64,000 nt of DNA from an uncultured virus (IMG/VR IMGVR_UViG_3300027747_004519) (taxonomy: Duplodnaviria; Heunggongvirae; Uroviricota; Caudoviricetes), in the IMG/VR virus record IMGVR_UViG_3300027747_004519; one strand, 5' to 3'. Under the pieces are notes generated by a model, which made no database searches, had not been told where the DNA came from, and was given only the letters and a program-made list of their open reading frames with translations. Position numbers and translations under genes: made by a program. Position 1 is the stretch's first letter, and each line of letters begins with the position of its first letter. Below, piece by piece: positions 46,048-57,067 of this stretch.

Positions 46048-46439
46048 ATTCTATAAATTTTGTATATTTTAGGAACCCAAAAAGTATTTGGTATTATCTG
46101 GACGCCGCGCTCTAAATCCGCATGAATCATCATTTCATTTTCAAGAGCTAAGCCCACGTGCCCGGCAATATTGCCCATTTTAAATAACAAAATATCTTCA
46201 GGTTGGTATTGCTCTACTGACACAAATTGAGCCAAAGAATCAAGCGTTTGGGCAATCTGATTAAACCTAGGAATTCTGTGATAATTTCCTAATTGATAAT
46301 CTTGAGAAACCACTCCGTATTCTTTGCCTACTCCCAATAAAAAGCCCACACAATCGCAACCAACGCCCTTGACGGATTGATTGTGTCTCCATGGTGTACC
46401 TTGCCACTGTTTGGCTATTTCGCTAATAGATAAAGCCAT
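46029..46439 (-). CDS. NlpC/P60 tail peptidase
   Basis: WQGTPWRHN..GVGCDCVG..HVG..MIHA. Confidence 0.92.
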   Translation of the reverse strand: MALSISEIAKQWQGTPWRHNQSVKGVGCDCVGFLLGVGKEYGVVSQDYQLGNYHRIPRFNQIAQTLDSLAQFVSVEQYQPEDILLFKMGNIAGHVGLALENEMMIHADLERGVQIIPNTFWVPKIYKIYRICRQPL

Positions 46440-46441
46440 AG

Positions 46442-48406
46442 TTACCCCATTGAAGCAGTAGATGAATTATAAAAATCATTGGTAGGCATAAAGCGCCCTT
46501 GGGCAGGTTCACCGCCAAAATTAATATAGTTATTGTATAGGTTTTTACAAGTTTCAAATCGCTTATTACAACCGCCTCTAAGCCTTATCGTATCACCTAC
46601 AGCCGGGTCATAAAAAAGCGCATTATTTAATACTAGGATTAACAAACCAGTCTGGGTTTGTGAACCATTAAAAGCAAGGTCGTAATAGTTATCGAAAATA
46701 GCATATTCTAACCCAGCGTTCGCTCCGCTATAAAAGTAAATTGAGCCATAGGATAGGACGTGAGCCGCAATTGCTGTATCGCAATGAATAAAAAATTGAC
46801 GCCTATTATTAAAGCCATTCCCCCCTTGGATTACTTGCGCGTCCCATTGGAAATTATTAATATCTAAAGTGCAATAACTATCAGGTCTTGCTGGCACATC
46901 ACAAAAATTATATCTGCACAGAAATTGCGTTTTTACCGAGACATTTTTTCTAAGCAAGCTGGCAGCTTTGGTTAAATTCTCCATCTTGAAATAGGTATCA
47001 GTCGAGGTGATTTCTCCTACAAATCCTTCTTGCTCAACCACACAATCGCTTAGACTCGCCGGTGGATTAGTGTAGTCCACAACTGCCACAGTGATAGTTG
47101 CTTCATCAAACTTGCCAGAGGCTAGCTGCGCTTCTGTTATTTCGCTGTGAATAATCGTTTTGATCTCTTGATTGTCTACCGAGATATCTACAGTCTTTTG
47201 TACAGCGCTGGGGTCAAAAGCAGTAGATGCTTTGTACACCACACCACCAATTGTGATATCACGATCTGAAGTAGTAAAGCCATGTACCTCAGTTGTACCG
47301 ATTAAGGGCACAGTGATATTACAGACCCTAGCAAGTGTCAGCAAGGAAGCGCTGAGAATATCCGACGGGAACAGCATTGGAGAATCCTCAAGTGGATTTC
47401 CCGATGCGAACATGTACAAATCTATTGGAGCAATTTGATAGATATTATTGGTAGATTGCAAAACATAATTTAAATCTTGAGACCAAAATCTAGTCAAATA
47501 TTGATTAGTAGAATCAGTATAATTGCTGTAGTAAAAATAAGCGCCATTGCCTTTGTTGGCTAACCAGAATCCTAAGAGTGATTCAAATTGAGATTGACTA
47601 AAAGTGCGTCTTTGAGCTAAAGTAATTTTTGTCCAGGGCTGAGCAATCCTAGGTGTCCGCTTGTTGTAACCGCTGCTGAGAGTGACAATCTCTGTATCAA
47701 AATTTGTAGCAGTTTGATTGTTGGCAGTAAAATCTAAATTATTGGGAAATACTACTTTATTTTGTCCAGAGTTTGGGCTATCTACCAAGCTATCTTTAGG
47801 GTAAATAAAAGGAATTACCTTAATCTCTTTTAGTATTAGTTTATTGATTTGATAAACATCAAGGCCAGCTATTGTATATTCCAGTTCATCCCCATCAAAG
47901 GTCACAGGAACATAAAAGCGGAAATCCAAGGGGAAATAGTTAGTTGAAGCCGCAGGAGCGCTAGGCAAAACAATTTTTCCGGTATTGTAATCAATCACAC
48001 AATCAGATACGTTGTAGCCAGGTACATTAAGCACGGTCTCAGGTCTGGCAATTGCTCTAAAATGAGCGCAATTTCCCACCACATAAAGTTTACAAAGTTG
48101 GAATTGAGTTCGAAAACCATCTGGCAACGGATACAATACGCCTTGCCCGTTGCTGGCTATATAATCGCTCCTATCTTGATAAAGAAATTCAAGGTCAGAG
48201 CCTAATTTGTTTTTGAAAAAATCCAGTATTGTGGTTAATTCACCTAGAGTTAGTATTTTTCTGGCAATGTTAAAGGATCTTAAAGGGTCTTGCCATTTGA
48301 TTAACCTTTGCTCAACGCCAGAGCTGTTAATCAAAATAGTATTAGAAAAACTAATAGTAGTAGTAATTCCAGTTGCTTCTATTAAGGGAAAAATACTTTG
48401 AGGCAT
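46442..48406 (-). CDS. Fused distal-tail (two DUF2460-like) and hub (DUF2163/BR0599-like) protein
   Basis: SGVEQR..W, FYVPVTFD; second LSSGYNKR..PW; GFTTSDRDI, GCNKRFETC..NFGGEP. Confidence 0.8.
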   Translation of the reverse strand: MPQSIFPLIEATGITTTISFSNTILINSSGVEQRLIKWQDPLRSFNIARKILTLGELTTILDFFKNKLGSDLEFLYQDRSDYIASNGQGVLYPLPDGFRTQFQLCKLYVVGNCAHFRAIARPETVLNVPGYNVSDCVIDYNTGKIVLPSAPAASTNYFPLDFRFYVPVTFDGDELEYTIAGLDVYQINKLILKEIKVIPFIYPKDSLVDSPNSGQNKVVFPNNLDFTANNQTATNFDTEIVTLSSGYNKRTPRIAQPWTKITLAQRRTFSQSQFESLLGFWLANKGNGAYFYYSNYTDSTNQYLTRFWSQDLNYVLQSTNNIYQIAPIDLYMFASGNPLEDSPMLFPSDILSASLLTLARVCNITVPLIGTTEVHGFTTSDRDITIGGVVYKASTAFDPSAVQKTVDISVDNQEIKTIIHSEITEAQLASGKFDEATITVAVVDYTNPPASLSDCVVEQEGFVGEITSTDTYFKMENLTKAASLLRKNVSVKTQFLCRYNFCDVPARPDSYCTLDINNFQWDAQVIQGGNGFNNRRQFFIHCDTAIAAHVLSYGSIYFYSGANAGLEYAIFDNYYDLAFNGSQTQTGLLILVLNNALFYDPAVGDTIRLRGGCNKRFETCKNLYNNYINFGGEPAQGRFMPTNDFYNSSTASMG

Positions 48407-48498
48407 ATTGCTTGTTTTAATTGTGTCTTACTAATAGTATCAAATTGCAATTTTTCTTTAGTGATATTCTAGGAATAGCAAAATGCATTGTAACTACT

Positions 48499-51192
48499 AT
48501 GTCGATTAAAATTACTCAGCCAATTCCAGGTACGTATCAATTCGCTATAGATCCAACAGATTTAGCAAAAATCAAAACAGACATCACGGGAATTTTTGCT
48601 CTAACCAATTTACAAAACAACATTCCAACTCCGGCACCAAGCAACAGAAGAAAGCTGGGCATCAACTTTTCAAAAAGCCCTGAGCTTTACGCCAATTTAA
48701 TAAATATTACGCCTTACCCTTGGGCTGTTGGCACTAACAACAATCAATATTTAAGCGCCAATCAAGTAGTAAACGGCAATCCCACAGTGGATTCTAGTAT
48801 CTATTTTGCCAACAGTAAATCTGGCACATATTTAGTGCAATTTACTGGCAAAGCTAAAGTTTTTATTGGCTATCAAAACGTCACTTGGTCTGTGCCTGGG
48901 GTTAATCTCTCTAGCAACCCAGCTAATACCTTATCGATAGGGCAAGGCTACGATCCTATTACAAATAAAACCACTGCTCAATTTACCTTTAATAACCCCG
49001 GCACCCCTTTTTATATAGCCTTTCTGCAAACCACTGGGGGGGTTCAAAATGTCTATTTGATGCAGCCTAAAGCTGATGGGAATCCACATCCTGTAGGGCA
49101 GATTTTCAGCGAAAAAGCTTTAGGTATTGCCGCTAAAGTAACAGGAATTCGGCATATGGATAGCGCGGCAACTAATATCAATTTAACCACAGACTGGAGT
49201 GATCGCACTACTCCAAATTGTTGGAGCTGGGGTAATAATTCTACGCTAAATCAAATAATAGGTAAAGGTCCGACCGCAATTTATACTCAAAACGACGCAA
49301 TCGGACTACAAACTGAAATTCCTTGGGAAGTATTGATAGCACTAGCTAATCAAACTCAGACTGATTTTTATCTAACTATTCCTATATTGGCAAGTCTTGA
49401 TTATCTCCAGAAACTCGCTAATCTTTTCAAGTACGGTAGCGATGGAGTCAATCCCTATACCTCGACTCAAACTAACCCAGTTTGGTCTCCACTTAATAGT
49501 ACTAGCAAATTGTATATTGAGTACAGTAATGAGCTTTGGAACAATGCTTTTGTAAACGCTTTTACTCAAGATGTCGGTTGGGCTAATCAGCTTTCTCAAA
49601 GAGCTTATTATAATTTTCTGAATAATATACAGAACGATTCTAGCTATCCCGGTGGAGGCAATCAAGGCTATTTAGACGGGCAAGCAATGAGCGCGTTCAT
49701 AAGCGCCAATCATCTAGCGGACAATTTTGCTCAATCTACGTTTACTCCAAATGCTGCGCCAATTTATCCTAAAGTTGCTCCAAGTTGGTTTAGCAAAGTA
49801 AATGGTGCCAGCTTTGGCTGGTCAATTGGTCCGGTTTGGGTAGCCCTCAGGCTCAAGCAAATAAGCGATATCTTTAAATCAACTTTTGGTGAAACTGCAA
49901 TAGAGGCTTCAAGTCCTACTGCTCAAATCAAGCCAATACTAGAGTGGCAGTACGGAGATGCTGGCGGAATTGGCGATCGAGGTTTGAAATTTATTCAAGA
50001 TACTTTCACTGCTCATCCAGTGCGCTACTATTTTGCAGGCGGTGGCGCAGGTTGGTATGCGGATGTCCTAGTTGGAGGCTATAGCCAAGTTGGGTTTACA
50101 AACAATAATTTCAATGGCAGTACTACTGGATGGATTACCACTGGCAGCACTAGTCTTGTATCAAAATCCACTAAGCCTGATATTCCGGGAGAGGTAATTT
50201 TTGTTGCTTTAAATGGCGCGAACCAATCTGGTAATACAGTTACTCTAACCACAACGTCGCCACATTCTTTTGTAGTCGGAGATCAGGTTTTAGTGGAATA
50301 TGTGGGCTTGCAAGGCTATAGCAATCTAGACCCAATAAATACTTGGGACAAGACACCTAAACCAGTTACTATCACTGCTGTTACTGCCAATACTATTTCT
50401 TACAATCTGGCAATTACAGGATTAGCGGCATCTGTCGCTGGACAAATCCAAGGAGTGAGCGCTGGGGATTATTGCTTGCAGCTAAACAAAAATGGGCAAG
50501 TATCCCAAACAGTTATTTTTAATGGTGGCTGGGCAAATATTGCTTTTTATGCGGATCAAGAATTTGGAGCGGGAATGACCGTATCGCTGACTCCGGTAAA
50601 TGGGGGGCCAGCTATCAACAACGGACAACCTTTGCTTTATTCAGAAGGCGGGAACATGGCTGTTGGACCTGAAGGTAGGGGATTCCAATTCTGCAAAACA
50701 ATTGCCTTTAATACAGGTAACAGTAATTATCAATACAACGTTACTTTTATTAATAATTCACTTAATCCTGTCTATCTAACTGGCTTAGGAATACAATCTG
50801 TCAATACAATGTTTGCTGAAGCTGCCAATCCTCAAGTAATTGCTTCTCTTAATCTGAGCAGCCGGACTATACCAGCAGATAAAGCTTTAATCACTAAATA
50901 CAATCTAGGGGAATTAGTAGGCTACGAGGGGGGATGGGATTTCAATCAGAATATTACTAATGATGATAGTAAAGCGTACACAATTACTCAGGGTAATTCA
51001 GGCTATAGTTCCAATGTGCCAAACGTAGGGTATTATGCCAACTTAGATCCCCGTAATACAGCTTTCTGTCAAGCAACGTACGATCAGTTCTTTGCCTCCG
51101 GTGGCAACTATCCCTTTATCTATCAGGCTATAGATAATCCTAATAGCTGGGGTGTATCAGATGCTAATAGTCCAAAACTAAATGTAGTATAG
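48499..51192 (+). CDS. Glycoside-hydrolase-like tail spike/depolymerase
   Basis: RHMD..TN, PWEVLIALAN, LYIEYSNELWN, YEGG. Confidence 0.65.
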   Translation: MSIKITQPIPGTYQFAIDPTDLAKIKTDITGIFALTNLQNNIPTPAPSNRRKLGINFSKSPELYANLINITPYPWAVGTNNNQYLSANQVVNGNPTVDSSIYFANSKSGTYLVQFTGKAKVFIGYQNVTWSVPGVNLSSNPANTLSIGQGYDPITNKTTAQFTFNNPGTPFYIAFLQTTGGVQNVYLMQPKADGNPHPVGQIFSEKALGIAAKVTGIRHMDSAATNINLTTDWSDRTTPNCWSWGNNSTLNQIIGKGPTAIYTQNDAIGLQTEIPWEVLIALANQTQTDFYLTIPILASLDYLQKLANLFKYGSDGVNPYTSTQTNPVWSPLNSTSKLYIEYSNELWNNAFVNAFTQDVGWANQLSQRAYYNFLNNIQNDSSYPGGGNQGYLDGQAMSAFISANHLADNFAQSTFTPNAAPIYPKVAPSWFSKVNGASFGWSIGPVWVALRLKQISDIFKSTFGETAIEASSPTAQIKPILEWQYGDAGGIGDRGLKFIQDTFTAHPVRYYFAGGGAGWYADVLVGGYSQVGFTNNNFNGSTTGWITTGSTSLVSKSTKPDIPGEVIFVALNGANQSGNTVTLTTTSPHSFVVGDQVLVEYVGLQGYSNLDPINTWDKTPKPVTITAVTANTISYNLAITGLAASVAGQIQGVSAGDYCLQLNKNGQVSQTVIFNGGWANIAFYADQEFGAGMTVSLTPVNGGPAINNGQPLLYSEGGNMAVGPEGRGFQFCKTIAFNTGNSNYQYNVTFINNSLNPVYLTGLGIQSVNTMFAEAANPQVIASLNLSSRTIPADKALITKYNLGELVGYEGGWDFNQNITNDDSKAYTITQGNSGYSSNVPNVGYYANLDPRNTAFCQATYDQFFASGGNYPFIYQAIDNPNSWGVSDANSPKLNVV

Positions 51193-51215
51193 AATTAAGT
51201 AAATGCGTAAAACAT

Positions 51216-51932
51216 ATGGCTAGTAATTTAATTTCGCTCAAGCAACTTGATGGTTTTATTCACGCTTATATTATCCTAAGTGGGATAAGTGTTTCTGGCA
51301 ATTCAAGTAATATTTCTAATGCTCTTGCCACTGCTTGTAACACGGCAGGAAAAGGAAACACTAGCGTCACTTTTCGACCATTTACAACATACGACGAAGG
51401 GCAAGGAATTCAAACGGGATCTACTAGATTACAGATTTATGACGCAATTGATAAATCTGAATTTAAAGATTCACTTGGTAATTTTGTCTACGGAAAATTA
51501 TCTTATTCTAGCCCTACTTGGACTTTAAGTTTTTACACATTGGTTTCTGGTGTGGAGACTGCTTATTCTTTTGCTTCAGCTACTGCTATTAGCGTAAATA
51601 TAATTTACGTTTTCAGCTTAGCAACTTTTCCTCCAGATGCTTTTACTAAAGTTGGTGTAGTTGAACTAGATAGCGCAACTGGAACCAACAGGGAAGTACG
51701 ATCAATTAGAGAGGTGCTCACTGTGAGTGCCACCAATACAATCTCACAGGAATTAACCTACGTGCCTTTATACGGGGTGACGTTTAGGGTTAATACAATT
51801 CCTTATCAAACTACCGATATTGCCCCACTCTTTTCTGTCACCAGTAAAGCAATTACGATCAATCCCAACAACGGATTTAGTATTACAACAAGTGATACTG
51901 TAACCGCAAATTATGAGTACAATCCTTTATAA
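51216..51932 (+). CDS. Virion structural protein
   Basis: S/T-rich; VYGKL....WTLSFYTL..GVETAYSF. Confidence 0.6.
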   Translation: MASNLISLKQLDGFIHAYIILSGISVSGNSSNISNALATACNTAGKGNTSVTFRPFTTYDEGQGIQTGSTRLQIYDAIDKSEFKDSLGNFVYGKLSYSSPTWTLSFYTLVSGVETAYSFASATAISVNIIYVFSLATFPPDAFTKVGVVELDSATGTNREVRSIREVLTVSATNTISQELTYVPLYGVTFRVNTIPYQTTDIAPLFSVTSKAITINPNNGFSITTSDTVTANYEYNPL

Positions 51933-51934
51933 TT

Positions 51935-52333
51935 ATGGTAAAACTGATTGAAGCCAAACAAATTTCAATTGGCAAAAAAACTAGTTCTATTAGTCCTGTA
52001 ATCACAGCAGGCGGCACATACTCTGGCACAATCACCTTACCCAAATCCTGCGCGTTATTTTCAATTAGCTGTTCTACGACATGCCGGGTTAGGCTCTACA
52101 ACAATACAGCCTCTCAAAGCGCAGACAGCACTAGAGCGCTTGGCGTTTCTGCTACTAGCGGAACTGGGGTAATTTTTGAAATAAACGACACTTTTAAGAT
52201 TTTTAATCCTGTGCCTTTCCCGATAAATGCAGAAACCCCAGCTTCCACCAGCTATCCGATCACAATTACTAATAATGGCACCACTGGTGTAATCACCGTT
52301 GCAATCACATACATCGAGTCATTGGAGAACTAA
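51935..52333 (+). CDS. Virion structural protein
   Basis: S/T-rich; RVRLY....SADSTR. Confidence 0.6.
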   Translation: MVKLIEAKQISIGKKTSSISPVITAGGTYSGTITLPKSCALFSISCSTTCRVRLYNNTASQSADSTRALGVSATSGTGVIFEINDTFKIFNPVPFPINAETPASTSYPITITNNGTTGVITVAITYIESLEN

Positions 52334-53121
52334 TGCCAGCAACTCAATCTACTAGTAATCCCTATTCCAGCGTCACCGTAACCCAGACCACGCTAACAAA
52401 CTGTATTGCTGCTGCTTTTGCGGCAATCACTGCTACCAATACAAATATTACTCTGTATCAAAACTCCTCCAACGCTGGTATAAACTATTTAGTTTACGCC
52501 TGCACCAATCCAATTGGTTCAGGCACGTATAATACAGTTTATCTGGCAATTACCGTAGCAAGTGCGGGATCTGTTACTTTATATTCTTACGAGACATGGA
52601 ATACCAGTACTTTTACTGGAACTAATGGCGTTAACTCTGTTGCCACAAGTAGTGCGCTTAGCTCTTGGGGAAACTTGGCATATTATACTTACACTGATAA
52701 TGCCAGCTACGGCTTAGTACTAATTACAAACGTTGCACAAACAGTTTATATTATCATGGGTTACTGTGCAACTGTGGCTAATAATGCCTTTCAGTCGGAA
52801 AATACAATGCCTAGTACTGTTGGGATTTCTAGTAATAATCTAACGGCACCTCAAATATTGCCAACTACTAGAACAAGCACTAGTTCAATTGGTAACGCGA
52901 TATTTACTCCATCTTTTGGAACTCAAGGTACTAACTCCTACGCTAACAACCCTGTTATCAATTACCCAATTAGCTTAAACGGTCTTGGCGCACTCTCAAA
53001 CGATCTGGGCTTGACAACTTACGCCTTTAACCTTAAAGATACGGTAACAATTGGTTCTCAGATCTGGACAAAGGTTTCGTTTAGTGGAACAAACTTAGGG
53101 TTATTTGTAAGGACTACTTGA
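52333..53121 (+). CDS. Virion structural/fibre protein
   Basis: Very T/S/N-rich, translationally coupled. Confidence 0.6.
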   Translation: MPATQSTSNPYSSVTVTQTTLTNCIAAAFAAITATNTNITLYQNSSNAGINYLVYACTNPIGSGTYNTVYLAITVASAGSVTLYSYETWNTSTFTGTNGVNSVATSSALSSWGNLAYYTYTDNASYGLVLITNVAQTVYIIMGYCATVANNAFQSENTMPSTVGISSNNLTAPQILPTTRTSTSSIGNAIFTPSFGTQGTNSYANNPVINYPISLNGLGALSNDLGLTTYAFNLKDTVTIGSQIWTKVSFSGTNLGLFVRTT

Positions 53122-53122
53122 T

Positions 53123-53266
53123 ATGGCAAATTACACTGGATCACTTAGCAATATCAAAACTCAAAGTGCCATTGTTGCTCGGATCTGTTACTTGGCTAAT
53201 GTTGTGCCAACCAGCCAAAGGGTTATCACGACCGGACAACTTTGGCCCTTGGGAGTAAATCAATGA
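53123..53266 (+). CDS. 47-aa protein not in the ORF track
   Basis: MANYTGSL..TGQLWPLGVNQ; fills the gap and overlaps the next ATG (ATGA). Confidence 0.6.
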   Translation: MANYTGSLSNIKTQSAIVARICYLANVVPTSQRVITTGQLWPLGVNQ

Positions 53267-54234
53267 GTATTGTATTACATTTAACCAAAACCGATAATTT
53301 AAATTTGCTAGATGCCAGTGGTAATTCGGTAGATTTATCAATTGAGCAAGGAGCAGATTACAACAAAATTGTAATTCAGGTGGGCCCCGGGGATTTGACA
53401 ACAATTGACCCTAACTATAATCCTTTGAGTGCGACAACTGGGCATAGAAACTATACGCGTATACTTGAAGGATCTATACGCAAAAACTATGCAAATTTAG
53501 AGCCAAATGAACCGGCTCTTACTAATTGGTTATTTAGTACTTTTATTTACGATTTGACAACAGATTTAACAACAATAGTTCCTATATTATCTGCTAGCCA
53601 AACCGCTAGTTTGCCTTATACCAGCAACAGAAAAACGATTAAAGATGCAGCAATCCCTGGTTACAACGTTTTAGTTTACGACCTCTGGCTTGGTACAACA
53701 GCTAAAGTCGATCAAATTATAGATTGGGGAGCACATATACCCATCTCTCAGGTAAATTTACCAATTCCCTCCACTGGACAGCTAATCAATTTAATTCCAA
53801 TAATTGAAAAAGCTTTTAATTATCAAAAAGTACCAATTCTAATAGGAATTAATAATCTTTGGTATTTTAATTATGATCAAAATGGCAATTTAATTAATGA
53901 TCAAAATGGCAATCCGATTCCAGCTGGCTCATTGCGCGGGATAACAGATTTAGCTTTAGCCACGGATTTTCCTTCTAATATCACGTACGCTCAATTGGTT
54001 GAGCGCGGAATCCATTATATTGATAATCAAGACGGTACTATTATTTTATTGCCGGGAACAGCGCTAGACAATCCACGGGCTGCAAGCTCGTTAACTTCTT
54101 TGTTTTCTTTTTCGGCCCATTTGCTCCTTGAAAATGAAAAAATTGCATTAGGCTATATTGAGGTAAGCCCTAGGGTAACTGAGCCTAATCAAGGGTTCGA
54201 TTGGAATTATGATTTAAATTTTACTAATGGCTAA
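53263..54234 (+). CDS. Structural protein, BppU-like N-terminus
   Basis: DLSIEQGADY..LSASQTASLP..YDL..G.IEVSPRVT. Confidence 0.6.
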   Translation: MSIVLHLTKTDNLNLLDASGNSVDLSIEQGADYNKIVIQVGPGDLTTIDPNYNPLSATTGHRNYTRILEGSIRKNYANLEPNEPALTNWLFSTFIYDLTTDLTTIVPILSASQTASLPYTSNRKTIKDAAIPGYNVLVYDLWLGTTAKVDQIIDWGAHIPISQVNLPIPSTGQLINLIPIIEKAFNYQKVPILIGINNLWYFNYDQNGNLINDQNGNPIPAGSLRGITDLALATDFPSNITYAQLVERGIHYIDNQDGTIILLPGTALDNPRAASSLTSLFSFSAHLLLENEKIALGYIEVSPRVTEPNQGFDWNYDLNFTNG

Positions 54235-54532
54235 CAACTATACTACTCAAGCTGGCTCACCTACTGTTGTCACAGTTTTAGTAAACCCCAGTGGTTTTGC
54301 TATAAATCAAGTTCAGCTGATATCCGAATATGTCGACAATTTCACGCCAACTTCAAGGCAAACTCAATTTACACTAAGGCATATCCCCTTGAGGCCTACA
54401 GAAACTCTGCTGTTTGTAAACGGGCAACAGCAGAGTTTTGGAGCTCAATATTATATTAATGGGATCAACTTGATCTGGACTGGAACTTTTACTTTAGAGC
54501 CTACCGACTCTTTATCGTTTTACTACAGCTAG
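54227..54532 (+). CDS. Small structural protein
   Basis: QTQFTL..LFVNGQQQ..Y.I.G..L.W. Confidence 0.6.
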   Translation: MANNYTTQAGSPTVVTVLVNPSGFAINQVQLISEYVDNFTPTSRQTQFTLRHIPLRPTETLLFVNGQQQSFGAQYYINGINLIWTGTFTLEPTDSLSFYYS

Positions 54533-56013
54533 CTAGTTGGAGGTGTGAAATTCGCAATATAGATCCCTTTGCGATAAACCCTAAATTGCTCCACAAGTCC
54601 GTTAATTTTCCAAACAATGCCAGCATCTCCGTTAGCGCCAATTATAAAAGGCGTTGAATTGCTATTGTACTGTGTAAAGTCAGTGGTTGTCTGTAGCAAT
54701 GTACCATTTAAAAATAGACGTCTTTGTCCAGCTAACCGGGATATAGCGTAGTGATACCAAGTATTAAGGGCAATTGTTGTCGTGCCATTAGTACTTAGCG
54801 TGTTTGCTTCCCAAAGAGCATTAGAACTAAAACTTGCATTTGTTGGGTTGACTGTAGCTAAAAAGCTATATCCGCCCGATTGCCATTTACTAAATAGCGT
54901 GTTATTTCCGCTGGCATTAAAAGCGGCAAGCCTGAACCAAAGGGCTATTGTATAATCTCCAGAGCCAAAATTGAAAATATTATACGCAGATTGTCCGCTT
55001 GCTATACTAATATAGCTATTGCCATCAAACGCGCCAGATTTTGTATTAATATTGCTGACAGTGGAGATAGTTACTCCAGTATTGGTTATTATTGAATCGC
55101 TAAGCGCCCAATTATCTAGCGCAGTATTGGTCAAGGGCAAACTAGCAAAATTAAGTTCAAGTGGATATGCCGGATATAATTCGGATCCACTACTAATCGG
55201 AGTCCAAGCCGATAAATTACGGCTATCAGTTTGATAAAAATAAAGCTTGTTAGCATTTTGGCTAAACCAACTTGTACCTTGAGTTGGATTGCTTGGTGGA
55301 GTGCCGCTAAAAATTGTGGCAGAGCCACTGCTACCACCGCCTGAACTGATTTGCTGTAAGGTATAAGCTGTGCCTTGGGCATTCACTACAGGGACAAATC
55401 CGGCTGATGCTAGAGTTGGCAAGGGTAATCCAGGTTGTAGGGTATAAGCTGTGCCTGCGCTGTTGATTACTGGAGAAAACCCTGCTTGCGCTTGACTAGT
55501 TGCTGGCAGTGTTGGTATAGTTTGCCATTTTAATCCTAGGGTTTGAGTACTATCTGCTTGCAGAAAAGTTCCAGTAGTTCCTATTGGAAGCCTTGACGGT
55601 GCGCCGTTAGCTCTGCCGACATAAATATCACCAAGGGTAGTTAAGGGATTGGTGCTGCCACCGCTAGCTCCCGTATTAATTGGGCTCCAAGCGCCGCTAC
55701 GGTAGATGTACCACACTTGCTCATCAATCACCATAACCACAAGCCCTTCGTAAGGCTGAAAGTACAAAGGCAAAGAGTTATAATACAAAACTAATTGATT
55801 GGCTTTATTAGCCCAATCACCTGTGGATCCCGTGGCGGGAATTAGATACAGCGATTCGTTCGCAGGTGAGCTAGGTGGCGTGGTAAGAGCCCTAGTGAGC
55901 GCGCTACGGGTCAAAACGCTAGTAGCTAGTAAGGCGTTATTGATTACCTGCTCTTTGAACTCTTGGCTCTTGTCAACTAGCGGGATATTATTATTTAAAA
56001 TATATTGAGTCAT
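54529..56013 (-). CDS. Tail fibre: DUF2793-like N-terminus plus LamG/ConA-like lectin domain
   Basis: SQEFKE..N.AL..TPPSSP..YLIPA..TGDW; GDYTIALWF..LNTWYHYA..LFLNG. Confidence 0.85.
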   Translation of the reverse strand: MTQYILNNNIPLVDKSQEFKEQVINNALLATSVLTRSALTRALTTPPSSPANESLYLIPATGSTGDWANKANQLVLYYNSLPLYFQPYEGLVVMVIDEQVWYIYRSGAWSPINTGASGGSTNPLTTLGDIYVGRANGAPSRLPIGTTGTFLQADSTQTLGLKWQTIPTLPATSQAQAGFSPVINSAGTAYTLQPGLPLPTLASAGFVPVVNAQGTAYTLQQISSGGGSSGSATIFSGTPPSNPTQGTSWFSQNANKLYFYQTDSRNLSAWTPISSGSELYPAYPLELNFASLPLTNTALDNWALSDSIITNTGVTISTVSNINTKSGAFDGNSYISIASGQSAYNIFNFGSGDYTIALWFRLAAFNASGNNTLFSKWQSGGYSFLATVNPTNASFSSNALWEANTLSTNGTTTIALNTWYHYAISRLAGQRRLFLNGTLLQTTTDFTQYNSNSTPFIIGANGDAGIVWKINGLVEQFRVYRKGIYIANFTPPTS

Positions 56014-56056
56014 ACTTGGCTTGTATTGATTGTTACTTGTTTGATTTTAGCAACAA

Positions 56057-56767
56057 TCAAAAAACCGGTTTGGCTCTATATTTCCTAAAGGGTAAAAGCA
56101 GATAATCTGGCACTTTATAAGCAGATGCTTCAGAGCTATTAAAGCTTACAGTGAGATCGTCAAATGGACCTTGGATGCTTGATACTCCAGAATATTGCTT
56201 GCTTTGTAAATACTTACCAATTTCACAAGCTGCTATTTTTAAATTTGTTATTTCTGGTGTGGGTTTAGTAAAGTTTAAGCCTGCCCAATATTGACACCTA
56301 ATTTCTGTGGCGACCGGACGAATACTTTGACTGAACTCTGGGTAATTGTAAAAATAAGTTTGAGTTAAAAATAAAGAAAGCAATCCATTTGTGTCAATTT
56401 GCACCATATTATTATCCAAGGTGCGCCAATCTTGCACTGGCACGCCTCGCCCATAATAATTAAGCATATTGCCTATCCTGACCTGAAAATGAGCCTTATA
56501 TAGATCGTTGCCCGTAAAACTGATCCGAGAAGTTGGATCTACTGAAGAATTGAATACTAAAGGTCTAAAACTTAAAAAAGTATTTTGTACTTTAACTGCA
56601 AGAGATTTGATTTCTGTATATTGCGTAATACCTAAAACTCTATTGGCGCCGGATGGAGATTCAATAGTATAGTTAATCAGATTCACTAAAGAGCCTAGCT
56701 GAGCCCCGTCAAGAGAGCTCCAGCTAGGTACAAAAGTTAGGGCATCGTTTATGCTCAGCAGCCCCAC
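56057..56767 (-). CDS. Head-tail adaptor (gp6-like)
   Basis: Downstream of the capsid gene; YWAG..LKIAA..LLLPFRKY. Confidence 0.65.
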   Translation of the reverse strand: MGLLSINDALTFVPSWSSLDGAQLGSLVNLINYTIESPSGANRVLGITQYTEIKSLAVKVQNTFLSFRPLVFNSSVDPTSRISFTGNDLYKAHFQVRIGNMLNYYGRGVPVQDWRTLDNNMVQIDTNGLLSLFLTQTYFYNYPEFSQSIRPVATEIRCQYWAGLNFTKPTPEITNLKIAACEIGKYLQSKQYSGVSSIQGPFDDLTVSFNSSEASAYKVPDYLLLPFRKYRAKPVF

Positions 56768-56771
56768 AATT

Positions 56772-57056
56772 TTACTCCTTAATAAACTGACAATCTGGCA
56801 GCTCGTTAGGACAAACTAACTGTCCATAGCCATCACTGTTCTTTTTGGATCCACATTGGGCGCAAACTTTAAGCCCGTTTCCGATCCACAGCAAATAGTC
56901 TGCAGAATTGCGAAAATTGACAAAGTCTGAACCTACCCTCTTGGCTTTACTAATTTTACCTGGGGAATTAATCTGCTCGGTTACTATTTCGGGAGCAGAG
57001 GGCTGCTTGAGCCCATCTGCTTTAGTAGTACCGTTTTCGTTGGGTACTGCTGGCAT
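56772..57056 (-). CDS. Small Cys-containing protein after the capsid gene
   Basis: CAQC..CPNELPDC. Confidence 0.6.
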   Translation of the reverse strand: MPAVPNENGTTKADGLKQPSAPEIVTEQINSPGKISKAKRVGSDFVNFRNSADYLLWIGNGLKVCAQCGSKKNSDGYGQLVCPNELPDCQFIKE

Positions 57057-57067
57057 TTTATTTATCC

